Shown here: positions 10,381-24,959 of the stretch, piece after piece
Layout: the number at the start of each line of letters is the position of its first letter
How positions within the stretch are numbered: the stretch's first letter is position 1
NCBI RefSeq assembly: GCF_006345805.1
Contig: NC_042998.1
Span: 130,696,001 to 130,760,000 of the forward strand
DNA from: Octopus sinensis
Taxonomy: Eukaryota
Reading direction: 5' to 3'
DNA length: 64,000 nucleotides
Translations under genes and position numbers: made by a program
The notes under the pieces: model-generated
Database searches by the model: none
The model's input: the letters and a program-made list of their open reading frames with translations, nothing else
What the model was told of the DNA's origin: nothing

Positions 10381-12379
10381 GTGTGTGAGTGTGTGTTTGT
10401 ACGTATGCACTCATACGCATCATGTATGGGACTGCATTCCACATTATGTCTTCCATAAGCCATTCACGAAACTAAAGTGATATCACGAAACTTTTTTCAC
10501 TTTTTACGCTTAATCTGAATGTGTAACATCGTCTGTAACCGACGTCCTGTTAAAGTTGATTGAACTTAATCCGAGCAGCATCAATTATTCAGGTATGGTT
10601 CACCATATGTATTTGAGAGAAAAAGAAATTATATGCACACATACTATGACACACAAACATCCCTGCAGAAACATCTCTCTCTCTCTCTACACACACACTG
10701 AAACATTCACATGTCATCAGCGCAGTTTCTTCTGCGGACTTTTATATGTATGTGCATATATTGATGTGAACATTAATACTTTTGAAGTATTTCAAGTTAC
10801 AATCATGGAGAAGGCGGTTATAAAAGTTGCACTGAAATATATGACATTTATAAACGTAGTAGCGATGATATAGCTGTAACATTACACATGTGGATATGAT
10901 AGTGTCTGTTTGGAGAATATATTAAAATAATGTCACAGGGATATAAGCCGAATGTAATGGTTGATGGTAATTGCTTGTTAATATAGAAACGACAGGGATA
11001 TATATATATAATCATGTAATGGCAGTCGATAATTGATAGAAAATCGGTCAGTATTCATTGCATTGATACGCGATGTACGTGTTTGATAACAAGGTATAGA
11101 TTTAGAATACTATATATTAATCAAATTGGACAGCCTGTCCATAAATTATCCTTACTATTTATATGTATCTATCTGTCTATGTATATACATATGTGTGTGA
11201 GCGCGTGCTTGTGTGTATGTGCGTATGATTTGTAAAGATAATTTATGGACACTGTAGTTTATTCAAATATTTATTTAATAGATGATAACGAACTTATCAG
11301 TTAATTATGACTGTTATTGATGATGTTGTGATTTTGTCGATTAACTCCATATCAACTCTGATGCAGCAAACCATCCAGTCTTAATTTCAGATGAAGTAAA
11401 GCTAAGGCCGCAGTTTTGAGTGTGCTAACCAGGTTATAAATCAATAGTGTGCCATTTGAAGATTTAGCTTCCATTTTAAAACGGCAAGGACAAATTATAG
11501 TTACAATTATCGTATGTTAAAACGTATAAGAGATCAGGAATAGAAGAAACATAAATAAGTAAAACTATAAAAGTTTATAATACACTCTTACTTTGTATGT
11601 GTAGAATATAGATATTTTAGCTGCAGGAGATATGAGACATACTCAAATTTATTCCTTAATAGTAATACCGCAATGATGGCGTAGAGGTAGGTACAAATAC
11701 TTGAGCTATTATATGCTTAAACATTAACCTAAGTAGTTATGGGATAATGTAGTAAGATGACTAACTAGAAGAAAATAATATACCATATAAAAATATTTAT
11801 GGGAATATAGATACCAGAATACAGTAAGCGATGTAGTATATATTACGGTGTATTTCTAACATATATGGAGGAGGATAACCATATTGAAAGGAAGTCTCGT
11901 GACCTGATACCATAGACAGATATAACTATCAGGATTCGCAAGAAAACGAATATCGTATACATATTCGTGTACCAAGAAAGCTAGAGTAATATAGATATAC
12001 ACATATTTGTACACATTAATTTATTTCTTTTCACACCAACAGACACACACACATACTTACACGTATTTGTATGTAAGTATGGTTGTATGTATCGATGCAT
12101 GTATGTAGGTATGTGTGTGTGTGTGCCTGTGTGAGTATGCATATGCATATATTTCTATGATTAAGGTGAAAGACAATTTGATATGAGGGTAACTTGATGG
12201 GAGGCCAATTTGTTTGGAAGTAATCTGACGTAAAATGTCAAAATTTTCTGTAAAGTCACTTCACATGAAGTATTTTTAGTCAGGAGTGACTCGATCTTGT
12301 ATCGTGTTACGACAAAGTGAAAGGCAATTTGTTAAGTGGTAACGTAACTTACGACAGGGTATAGTAAAAAGAAAAAAAA

Positions 12380-13527
12380 TCGTTGTTGATGAACGACGAT
12401 GATGTTGATGCATGAGAAACGATTGTGACAAAAACGATGAAGAATAGGGATGATAAATATGATGGTGAGGATGATGAAGAATACGTTGACGATAACACCA
12501 ACGAAGATGATAATGAGCATGCACGATGCAGTTCATTCCAATATAATTTCCACCATGTGATATCAAAATGACATTTTCCATTATTTTCTTCTGCTATTTC
12601 TCTCCAATATATTTTCTTTAAAATCTGTTGCAACTAATTTCATTGTTCCATTCGTCCTCGTTCTCGCTGTTCTCATAACCGATGTTGATAATCGTATTGT
12701 TTCTTGTTGAGCGATACTAATACCGCAATACATCATGCCATGTGATTTCGCTGCAGTTGTTATAGCTATTGTTGTTAACGTTGATTATGATGTTGTCAAT
12801 GAGTTGATAGGCATTTTTTTTTCGTTTGCGATTGTTACTGCTAATGATGAATATGCTGCTACTCTTGACAACTCATCTTGCTTTACCTCGTATAATGATG
12901 ACGTTGCTAACACTGTGATCACTCTTAGTTTTGAAGCTTCAACTGTCGCTGTTATCGTTTATTTTTTTTGTTGTAGATATTCCTGGGGTTGATGTTGGCA
13001 TTGTTGTTACTATCACTGCAACTGAAGTTTCAGTGTTGTTGCTATTGTTGTTGCTACTACTGCTCTTGATAATGCTTCCTACATTTCATTGTTAACAACA
13101 GGAAGGAAGTAGGCTTTGTCGAATGCATTGCTTGTATTAATTTGAAATGAAGTGTGCATCGACTTCGCACACAATTGAAGATTACGGTGGCAATAATGAT
13201 GATCATGCTGAGGGACAGGATGGTAATGAAAATAATAATGTACAGGATAGTGACAGAGATGCCGCTGCTAGTCGTAGTGATAAGATGATGGTGAGGAGGA
13301 AGAGGAGGAGGAGTAAGGGGAGGAGGCAAGGAGGAGGATGATCATCATCATATTCTATATTATCGACACCATCACCAGCACCACCACCACACCGCCACCA
13401 AACGACTTCATTATCATCACCACCAACAGCATCACTACCAGCTCTTCCACCGCCGCCCCCGCCGCCATCACTATTACCATTACTATAATCGTCATCATCA
13501 TCATCGTCGTCATTATCATCGTCGTCG

Positions 13528-13564
<37 letters not shown>

Positions 13565-13740
13565 TATCGCCATCATTATCACCATCATTATTATTATCAT
13601 TAAACGTAGTATCAAATATTTTTCTTAGCGATTACACTGACGAAAAGTATATTAAGGTTTGTGGGAATCATGATGATGATAATGATCATGATGGTGATCA
13701 TCATCATGATCAAGAAGTGGGTGATCATGTTGGAGAAGAT
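12380..13740. repeat. Degenerate trinucleotide low-complexity region (GAT/GTT/CAT/GAG)
   Basis: Visible directly; the source of the poly-I, poly-M and poly-D ORFs. Confidence 0.9.
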
Positions 13741-15210
13741 GGTATTTGTGATTATGTGAGGGCGTGGGGTCTGTGTGGTTATGGATTCAATTATGTTACC
13801 AAGTTGGAAGAAGATGACAACGATAGGGGATAAGTTGATTAAATTGACACCATTACAGCATTATCTCTATGAATCGTAACATTAATATCCCTTATATCCC
13901 TTATATACAGTAGGTATTAAATCTTTTTAATTCTCCTACTTGGTCGTTTCCTATTATTTCGTATTATTTCTACTAGTTTTCTCTTTTTACCTCCTGATTT
14001 CAACTCGTAGTTGAGCTATGATCACGAGATAGTTTCCAATTTATTCTGAGACTGAGACAAAGCATCTTCATCTAATTTGTTCAGGTCATGTTTCAAAATC
14101 TTGAGTACAAATAATCTATAGTCTTTGTAACTGATAGTAAGTATCTTTCTGTTATTTATTATAATAATTTCAGTCTTCTGACATGACCACCAGCTTTTTT
14201 AGTCAATTATATCCTTCCTATTATTGATTTATACTTCACAATTGAACGGCTAAGTCAACTTTGGTGCTAAACACATTACTAACCCTTGTCACTCCACAAG
14301 AAAAATATTTAAACGTTCCTAACAATGAAAATTAAAGTTACTCAATTCTACAGACAGAATATAGTTACATTTATTTGGCCGATGTCTTTATTTTAAAAAA
14401 CATGAATGTCCGATCTATTATTAGATACCCAACATTGTTAATCTGCCATTAGTAAATGTTAAAAATGTCACTGAGATATTAATACTGCATGCGGGTAACA
14501 CAAACCGAATGAGTTATTTTGTTAGATTAAAAAATATATCACACTCAGTATACTTCAAGTTTCGCTTCTGAGTCTTCGTTTTTATGTATATACCTCTGAA
14601 TTTTTCACCTGGTGCAATAATCATTGAAAATGTTGGAAAATGTTTTCATTTCTAGTTATATGAGTATATATGTGTGTGTGTCGAGGTGCCTGTGTGTTTA
14701 TAGATACATACATATATGCATGCATGTGTGCGAGTTTGTATGTATGTGCATAATATGTGTATGTATGTATGAGTTTGTGTATATGCATACGTAGACACAT
14801 CTTGATTTATTGTCTTCTTTTCTTGCAATTTGTGTATCAAACTATTTTACAATGTTAATTATTGTATGTTTATGATTGTATATACCATTCTCATTCATAT
14901 AATGTGATGCGACGTGTCTGCCATCTTTCAAAAATCCATATTAGTGGATCTTCATTCTGTTTCTCAGTATGTGTTAGGTATATATCGACCAAAGCGAAGC
15001 GTATACACCGTTATTTCTAGATATGGGTACATCAAAAACATTCATATCCGTTGTTCTTAAACCAGAAGGAATTTTATTATTGTGAAAAATAACGTTATCT
15101 ATGTATTCATTATTTTATTGATATCAATGTTGCTAACGGTCTTTTATGATATTGTAAACGTAGATGCATGTATGTATGTGTGTATGTATGCATGCATGTT
15201 TCTAAGTATG

Positions 15211-15271
<61 letters not shown>

Positions 15272-15377
15272 TATGTATATTCTAATATGCTCATGAGTGT
15301 GTGAAAATACATATATTTATTTGTTTATACTTCTTACGCACTCTCAATCATTGATTCTTTATATGTATGTATATATA

Positions 15378-15416
<39 letters not shown>

Positions 15417-16344
15417 TGTATATATTTGTGTATGTGTGTGCATGTGTATGCATATATATCAATGCAAATGTGCGAAATGTTTGTATATGGAAACCTATGC
15501 TTCCTCAGTTTGATTATAGAATTTGTCTTTTATAAGCTAAATTTCTATTTCCACATCACTTTATTAGAATGTCGCTTTCGTATTATTGAAATACTTGTTG
15601 TTTCTAAGGAATTCTTCTTTTTCTTTCCATTATGCTTGCAACCATACACCCCACTGTGATGTTGTAGAAGTTGCTATTTAAATTTCAAATATGTCACGCT
15701 TTCTAACTTCTAATTTTTTAACCTACACTCTTTAAAGGTCAACGTATGCGTTTGTAAACGAAAATATTGCATAAGACAACGCGACCTAATCTCGTGGTCA
15801 TCACCACCTCTAATGCCATCACTGCTGTTGTTGATGCAAACGCCATTATCTTTTATATTAGTGTATATCGTAATGATGTGCAGGTACGCAATATGTATTT
15901 TATATAAGTGCAATATGTTTTGCAGTTATATAAGGAAAGCTTTAAGTCAGAGCAGCAGTCTTTCAGCTAGAAAATTATACTGTCACTTGTATTTAATTCA
16001 GCTTGTTAATAATGCCTTCTCTTTTCCTTTCTCTCGAAAGTTTGAGGAATGAGAATGTAAGCGTGAAAGAGCAGTATATGTTTGTTAAATATTAACACAA
16101 CAAAGTAAATACGGTAAATTAGTTCTTGCCATCACGATTCTAACGCACAATAAGTAATAGCTGTATTGATAAATTGTATTAAAGCCCAAAATAACGAGCA
16201 AGCGGCGTCAGTTATCTTCAGAACAGTTCACATGGGGAATAATTTTGAAGATGTTTTTTGTTGAGTTTGCTTTTTCACTTGACCTACAGTCATTTTTCTT
16301 CTATCATGCCAAGTTTTTTCTCAACAGCTTACCCTCTGTATAAG

Positions 16345-18063
16345 CACAATTGTATTTTTTGTCCGTAAGTAATAGGGATGGTCAGTTGTTTTTATTATTT
16401 TATTGATAAGACTTAGGAAAATTTTCAAAAACCATTTTAGTTCTCTTGCTTTATTCATGGTGCAGGGTTCAGAAATACCCTTAAAAGTGTTCTAACGCGT
16501 CAAATTTTTTTATTCAAAAGGAATTAATTTTTTACCGAAACATGTGAACTTTTGCACTACTGAATTGGTAAACTAAAACAAATCAAATAGTATATTTCAT
16601 TGTTTAACAAATATGTTACGTAAAATATTTAATTACACATATTAGGAGAGATATTTCTGTCAAACTAGAGTTTCAGCTACTCAAGGAGTAAACTTTCTCT
16701 TTGATGCTTTACAGAGACCAGCAGTAGTCAGCCATCGTATCTGTGTTCTATCTGCCTTACTACCTAGTCATCATGATGTCGATGTCTTGGTGGAATCTTT
16801 ATCTTTGCCCTTCACTTATTGCACCATGACTTTCAGGGATGTAGTCCAGATGGATGTGCAGGAGATGCACTTTCACACTCATGTTGCAGCCAAGTGCACG
16901 AAGACTGGTTAACAGCGTCTGCACAAGTTCTTCATAATTTGATGATTTACAGTTTTCCACGAAATCAAATACAATCGTAGCAAAAGCATTCGCTGATTAC
17001 TTTTCAACGGCAGATATAGTCTTCGAAAAAAGATTTATCCTACAATAGTCACCTATTCTGTGGCTCGTCAAGCACACCAACCTTAATTTTTTCAACAAGA
17101 CATAGCTGAAAAAATTTATACTTAAATAATTGAAACAGCCACAGTTTCAGTGTTCCAGAACACTTTTCCCTCTATGTGCAATACCCAGGCTTTGCCTTGA
17201 TTTACCTAGTTTCATGTTAAAGTAAGTAATGCAAGCTTTCTTCATAAAATCTGTGATTTTGTTTCGCTGCCTAGGTAAAGTGTAACATGCACAAATGTAG
17301 CAGAAGATATCGGGGCAGTTTTCGCAATTTTCTTGTCTTACAACTGGTCATATTTCTCAAATACAAGACACATTCAAACATTTTCAGGATTATCAACATT
17401 TATAAAGTAAGAAAATGCAGATTTGTGGTAGCAAAGCTCTATGAAGAGCGTAGTATTACCGTGAAGTTCTTTCTACAGGTCTTTTATCATACTTGACTAA
17501 AGTAATCTTGACCCACGTGGCCTCGCTATTAACACATTAAGAGAACATTCGAAATACCGTTTTTCATAAGAAGTTGTTAAAGGTTCGACAAAACATGTTT
17601 CACCTTGTTTGCAGTGGTAGTCACACTAAATCGCGTGACCATATCTGCCGATAAATTTCACTAATATTAAGACATATAAGATGTCAAGAACCAAAGGAAC
17701 GTGTTGTTTATTAACGCCTAATTGTATAAATGATATTTCTGTCATTATCATGACATTTAAATTTGGATTGATGCTTTTTACTTACTAAAGATACTTAATC
17801 AGAACTGTTTTTTTTACATTTTTTGTTGCATTTACTTTAATTGATATTGAAAAACTATGTTTTCAAAGTTATGTCAAGCTCCATATAGAGGTTTGCGTTT
17901 TATGAAGCCAAATTTATCCTGAGGAATGGTGACAATGCCAGAAATGTAGGAAATGGACAATCGAGTTTATGAAAAAACTTAACGTGATAGAGCAAAATGG
18001 ATTTCTTTTCTGAAATCAGTATCATTAAGAAACACCAGACAACAAAAACCAGGTTCCCCCGTG
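16345..18063 (-). mobile_element. Chapaev3-like (CMC) DNA transposon remnant with large internal deletion; left boundary uncertain
   Basis: N-terminal NCPDIFCYICACYTL..ITDFMKKACITYFNMKLG (17350-17200) is joined almost directly to C-terminal EKIKVGVLDEPQ..LGCNMSVKVHLLHIHLDYIPE..RFHQDI..MADYCWSL (17100-16710). The terminus reads CAC at 18063. Confidence 0.75.
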
Positions 18064-18846
18064 TAGCATATAGATGCTGAGAAAAATCTTATGGAAAATT
18101 TCAGTGGGGGGCAACTGCGCACCAACTGTTTTTTACTTATCTTAGCTACTAAACAAATAGTAACTAATGAAGTTGGATTTAATATAATCTTCCTCGGAAA
18201 TTCCTGTACGCATTAGGAGTATGAAATACATTACTATTTCTCTACAGCTTGTTTTATCGTAATCTTAATGCAAATTGAATTACTGTGCCCTACACAGAGC
18301 GAGATCTGTGACTGCGTAAGACATATTACATGTTAGCAAAGTGGCATTAAAAAGAAAGATGATTCTAAATATTTCATGACGATATATTTATTTTTGTTCC
18401 ACATATTACGTTTAAAATCGGTGACGCAATATAGCAGCTAGAAGAAAAGCAGCCAAAATATATAAAAAGATAAATAATATCATTAGCTAAAATGAATATC
18501 AACAACACGGAGTCAACGAAGGAATCTGTACATGGAGGCTGTCTGGCGAATAAAAGTTATGAAAATCTTTTTTATTCTATTATCTTAAAAATAGAGAATT
18601 TGGAGAAAGTAAAAGTACTATATTCTTAAAGTAGAAATAAGGCAAACGATCATAGCATGCCTGCTTGGACTGCTCATAAAAAGTAATGATTTAAAAATTA
18701 ATGAAAATGTTGTGAAATAACCAGGATATCATTACCATAATAGTAATCTCTCACAGACATGTTGACCTCCGTCAAACATCATGCATATGATCTATAAACA
18801 TACTGGCAATGAAAAAAGTGTTTGTTAAATTAAGAAGGGGAGATTT

Positions 18847-18849
<3 letters not shown>

Positions 18850-18902
<53 letters not shown>

Positions 18903-18935
18903 CATATATATGTACATACACACACACACACATAT

Positions 18936-18992
<57 letters not shown>

Positions 18993-19021
18993 TTACATAT
19001 ATACGCATATATATATATATA
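18850..19021. repeat. (TA)n/(CA)n microsatellite
   Basis: Visible directly. Confidence 0.95.
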
Positions 19022-19658
19022 TTTGTGTGTGTGTTGGAAAATTGAATATGGAGACGAACTCTCAGGATGTTAAACCATCCATTTATATCTTGAATTCTTA
19101 TACATATGTATATTAATGGGTGTGAATGTATATATGTTTGTTTACGTTTGTGTTTTTTTTTTTGTAGGTATATAAGGTTTATATTAACATGAATATAAAT
19201 ACGTTACATTTTATAGGACTTTCTGTTTCTGTTAACATGTCTGTTTGATGAGTTTGCTATTTATATCCTTCCTGATAAGATTGATGCATTGCTGACCATA
19301 ATTTATTCTGTTGGACATTTCGGAGTGCATCCGTCGAAACATGTGTAGGAGAATTCAAGATATAAATAGTTTAATAACATCTCATGAGTTCATCTCCTTA
19401 TTCAATTTTCCTATTTCCAGGAAATACGACTTACTATCCCGGATTTATATCCTGAGAGACTTAGGCAACATTTAGCTACCTTGTAATTATTCCCCTGGGT
19501 TTTTACTTTAAATTGTATATATCGGTATACGTACACGCATACACGCACACACACAGACACGCATATATATATATACACATATACACAAAATCACACACAC
19601 ATATATATATATACATATACACACACACTCACGCACACACACACACACACACATACAC

Positions 19659-19705
<47 letters not shown>

Positions 19706-22700
19706 ATATATAACCTAGCAGAACAAGATACTATGTGTTTAATATCTCTAGCAGCCGAAGTAGCCTTGTCACTTAAGTGAAGACATATTTTCAACATATA
19801 ATATTTTCAGTAAGCTTTCAAATTTATTAGAAATAAGTATCAATTATCCTAATTTACTTCTCTCCACCCGGAATAGAAAGAAAGATACGATATGGGATTT
19901 TAAATTCGAAACATTTATGTTATAGTAGGAAAAACACTCGAGCTGTTCATGTCTTTATCTGAGATACTGACAAGTATAAGTATAATAATTTGTAGCGAGT
20001 GTCTAAGACATGTTGACAATAAAGTTCATGGAAAGCTCAAGTATACTACTCACCATAGAACACTCAAAAAAATATTTATTTACATAGAAAATATATAATC
20101 ATTGCTATAATTCAATCATCTAATAATTATATCCCCTTTATATAAAATAAACGAAGGGAAAAATAATACTTAAGATCTAAGGCATGACAAACAATAATAA
20201 TGACAGTGTGATACCTACAACTAAAACAAAACAAAAACGATCTCAATATCATTGAGCCAACGAAATAAGTAAATGACTAAATATCATACCTAACTAAAAT
20301 TACGACATTAGAGGAGTCAGAGGAGTGATTCGTTTAAACCATAACTGTAAATAACGAAAGTCCTCAAGCATTAAGACTCCAAGAACACATTTTGACTGAG
20401 ATGACAGAAATAGGATGTTTTAGCTAAAGTTGGAAATGACTAGGTTCATGGCTTCAGAGATAGTCGAAAATCAATTTCGTATTCAAGAACAAAATAACAT
20501 AGATAATATGGAAGCGTCGTCATTAGCCTGTACATGAAACTCAAATAATATTAGAGAAATACAAAATGTACCATTCTGTTGTTATACATTACTTACCCTC
20601 TATAATGAGTCATATTGCAAACATTAGTAACACGTTTCATCGCAACTGGAGAAATACTAAACCAATCACGGCATACTCATCAACATTTAGGAGAATGCCG
20701 TCAGCGAATTGAATAGTCAACCCCAAAATATTACCAATTCGAAAATATAAGCAATTTTTACAGTTGTTTATAAGGCAAGCCAAAAGAAGAGAAAACAAAT
20801 CATGAAAAAAAAAAGATGTGTAATATATAGAAATTAAAAGACAGAAAAACACCGTCGAATATCAAAATGTATAAAAACTAAATACATAATAATACAAATT
20901 AAATATATAAATTTAGTTTCTCTCAGAACAATGAACTGTAAATTTATAATGAGAATCTATGTTAATTGATTAATAATTAGCCTCTAGGTCTCATCTTTCA
21001 TTTTCGAAAGCATGCCGATCCCAAGCCATAATTATACGTAAAAGGCATTTACATAATTAAATACATTCGTGCAATTTCATTAGCTTTGCTCAAAACAAAT
21101 CATGCACTGAAGTAAATAGCCCGCTAACCGGTGTTGTTTTTCCTTTTCTCTATGCAAACTAGACCAGCAGACTTATTTAATATGAACAATTCGCATTAAA
21201 GAAAAGCGAAAAAAAATAAACATATCTTACGTAGCACTATATTGAAATGAGTAATCTCACAACGACGAGCACAAGCAAACACGAAAACACATATATTCAC
21301 GTCACACGTACACATATTATTGCATATATGTGTGTGTGTATGTGTGTGTGTGCATGTGTGTGTGTGTGCGTGTGTATGTAGCATGACATCATCTATTATA
21401 TATGTATGTATGTATATATTTTTTTTCTACTCATCACCGATTTCCATTGCCCTGATGAGATGGGACAAAAGATTAACCTGGACTTGAACTTAGTCAATGA
21501 AATTGACTTATTAATTTTATTTTCTGCAGAACGAATTTAACTAATACAGCAGTATAATGGTCATATCCGTATTTCGATCGATGTATACGGCAACATACTA
21601 CGTCAAGAAAATATACAGATTTGGAGCTTTTCGGATTGGCAGCATTGCAAGTCATGCAGTAAGTTACAATAAACCATTGCTCCCTCGGCTCCTTGGTTTA
21701 CAAATACACTTATATAGTTAATTCATCATATATCAAACGTGATTCGTTTTATGCGAATTATGTAAATCCTTAAATATTTCGATTTCTCATATTGATACAC
21801 TTATGGAGACCTTAGAAGTTCATATGCCTTAGAACACTAACATGACGGAAATCCTTTCGTTGTTATTCAGAGCTGTAGTTCTATGATATAATCTTTCAAA
21901 ATGTTATGAACTACTTGATACCCAAGTATACAGATTTAAGTTGATTCATGTGCCAAAGTACTATCTAAAGTAGATAAATGTGAACTACTTCTAATGTAGA
22001 AGCATTGTAAATACAATTACTCTTTAAAGCCTCTTCATGTCAACCGCTTGATTTTAACAGAAGCTGGAGGTATTCCTTCCTGATAAAATTTAAGTGATGT
22101 CACGTGATTACGATCACTTCATTAATATTTCTATCTTTGACAGGATCGTCAGTAGAAATAACCAGCTGTCATTTCAATGTCACTTTTCCCTGTTGCCGTG
22201 TTATCTTAACGGAATCTACAGCAGAAAACAAATGAAAAATGTCATGCCCTCTGTAAATTAAAAACGGAAAAATAACAAGCAGCTGCATTTATAATTTGTC
22301 TTTTCTTCCTTTACATACTTCCTGATCTTCACTTACCAGCTTAAAACAGCTTCTCATCCATAACATTAGAATTTTAACTTCACGAACTACAATCCGGAGA
22401 ATACCATAAATAACTCCCTACCCGCATCGATAGATAGATTACTATGGATGTCTTCTCTAGTGAATCACGTAGTTGTTGCCTGCAAAGAATATTGTTTTTA
22501 TTATACTTTAGAATTTAGAAAGTAGGATACGAACATGCGAATAATGAGATAGTAACGTTGGTAGATACATATCAAGTTATTTTTGTATATAAAAAAATGA
22601 AAATTGTCGTGAAATCATTTTCCTTAAGTACATATTTATGTATATTTAATAGGTTTAGGAGTGGTCCAAGTGAACATTAATACTATAACATTGATGGCTT

Positions 22701-22899
22701 ATACAAGGATATACGAGCACTAATTGAAAAGGATTTTGAAAGTCAGACTTTCTAAATATATACGATTAAAAACAACAGCAGTTATAGTTTGCTCATTATC
22801 TGTCGTTCCAAATTCTATTCTTAAATAATCATATCGTATATGGACAGAAATAATATGATAAGCTGCTGATAGACAATTTTGCTTTCATATTTTGGTGCT

Positions 22900-23037
22900 G
22901 GCCAGCAATTATCGGGGAAGAAGATTATATCGACCCTGGGAGATAAAGTCGTCGTCTGCGACACAAAACAAAGACGAACGAAATGACACTAAAGATTTTG
23001 CTCGGCGTGCTAAAGATTCTACCAGCTCACTGCCTTA
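22900..23037 (-). mobile_element. Degraded SINE (type B head)
   Basis: aaggcagtgagctggtagaatc..tagcacgccgagcaaaat resembles the head at 31972. Confidence 0.65.
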
Positions 23038-23477
23038 CCGATACAGATAACATTATTCAACAGAATATCAAGCAAAGAACATAAGGTATGGGTATTAGTG
23101 GGGGCCAAAATCGCACTACTAAAATTTGCTTCTTATGAAAAGCGTTTCAAAACAATCAAGATCAGTTCCTGTTTTCTTGAGTTGAATTAGACTCGACGCG
23201 TAGTAGAAATATTTTTTATGGAGAAGAGAAGGTACAAGAAGGGTGCTGTTTCTTGAAAACAAGACTTTCAGATGATTGAACTTGAGAAAGCAATTTCATC
23301 TAGGAGAAAACAGGGATACCAATTGTTTCATGCATAAGGATTCTCTCAACAATCATCAAACCTGTCACATGAGAACGTTGGTACTAGTTTCCATCTTGGA
23401 GACGAATACAACAATAAAAATTTACATATATACATACACACACAAACACACTCACAGCCCCCTCTCACACATTCTAT

Positions 23478-23990
23478 TCTTTTGTTATTCTGCTATGTTT
23501 CAGCACTAAGTTTGTGGCCATGCTGGGGTACCGCCTGTGTAATAACCCTTTAACTCGCCAAGTCTATGTGATTGACGTTTGGTGAAGGAGTGAGTCTAAC
23601 ATTGCTGCCCTCTTTTGAGTTTCCTGCCTGGATATTGGTTCATCCAGGAGGTTGGACAGCAAGTGTTCAAGTTGCTTCTTGCAAAGATGTACTCCCACTC
23701 CATGGACACCCCTCAGGTATTTTGTCAATTTGTCAAGGCGTTAAATAGATGTGGGCCCTTGAATCCCAAGATGTTACTGTACATGGTCCTCAACTTAGAT
23801 GAGACAGCTGGGACTTTTGGAACAGCGCAGCGATATCCAATTCCAGGTCTGGTATAATTCTCAATTCCAAAGTTTGGTGCCAGCCCTTCCAGTATCTTCC
23901 ACACATATATCACTGCATACTCAGTAGCTCTTTCAGCCTCCCACAGTAGCTCAGCTTTTCTATTGATGCAATCTTCCTCGTGTAACATCG
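23478..23990 (-). mobile_element. 3' end of a CR1/L2-group LINE (ORF2 C-terminus + 3' UTR)
   Basis: ERATEYAVIYVWKILEGLAPNFGI..CAVPKVP..GFKGPHLFNAL, followed by a UTR ending ggcggtaccccagcatggccac..ctgaaaca. The 5' end is truncated at a (TA)n/(CA)n tract. Confidence 0.75.
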
Positions 23991-24011
23991 CTGAATAACT
24001 TTTTTTAATAT

Positions 24012-24060
<49 letters not shown>

Positions 24061-24063
24061 ATA

Positions 24064-24120
<57 letters not shown>

Positions 24121-24959
24121 ATTATACACCACACAGACATACATAAGAGTGCGTGGTGTATTTCATTTGTTACAATTTCACGGATATACCATGCAATGTA
24201 ATTCGGAACCTAGGAATAAGAAGCGAACCTTAGAGATTCGATGTTTCAGATTCCATGAGGATTTGTTTCCCTTTACTTCCCTGCCTGCGATGCATTGACT
24301 CTGTGATGTTAGCAGTAAATATATGTGACCAACATTGTGCTAGGTATGACTAGTTTACATGACAGTACAAGTTAGACAGTTCAATGTCAATTTTTTAAGT
24401 ACCAATACAGATACCATTTTCATGAGGTAACTCACGAATTTGGTCTATTATCCGTTTTTATATCAAAGTGTGGCATATTTTCCAGTAACCATAATTACCA
24501 GCTCGGACTGGAGAGCCAGAGATTAATAGCTTAACAGTGAAAACTGGTTAGTGCACTTTATTTTCATGTTATTGTATTTGTAATTATCTAGCATTCCTTC
24601 TCTCCAGGTACAAAAGCAGATTTTTTGCTACAATTTTAACCTAGAGATTTTTAGGCAATTTTGTTTTGTATTTTTGCCTTTTTTCCTAACATTCTAACTC
24701 ACAGACATTACTTTTTCCGTTTTACATCTGCATTTCGCTTAATTTTTTAGTTTTAAATTTATTTCCACCCGTTGACTTTATCTAACTATAACTGTGGCAC
24801 ATTTATAAAACAAACCCATAAAGCATATCAGATGCTTTGTCTCTATTTATTAACAAATGTTTTTAGGTTTGTAACTGGCGATGTTATTTTCATTATTATT
24901 GCTTTTATTTCCACAGGGGCATCATGTGAGTGGAACAGTATGAGGACAGTTCGCTATTA

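Noticed and set aside
19311-19350. Hammerhead-like cgga-gtgca-tccg..gaaacatgt
   Set aside because: No CUGANGA core in register on either strand.
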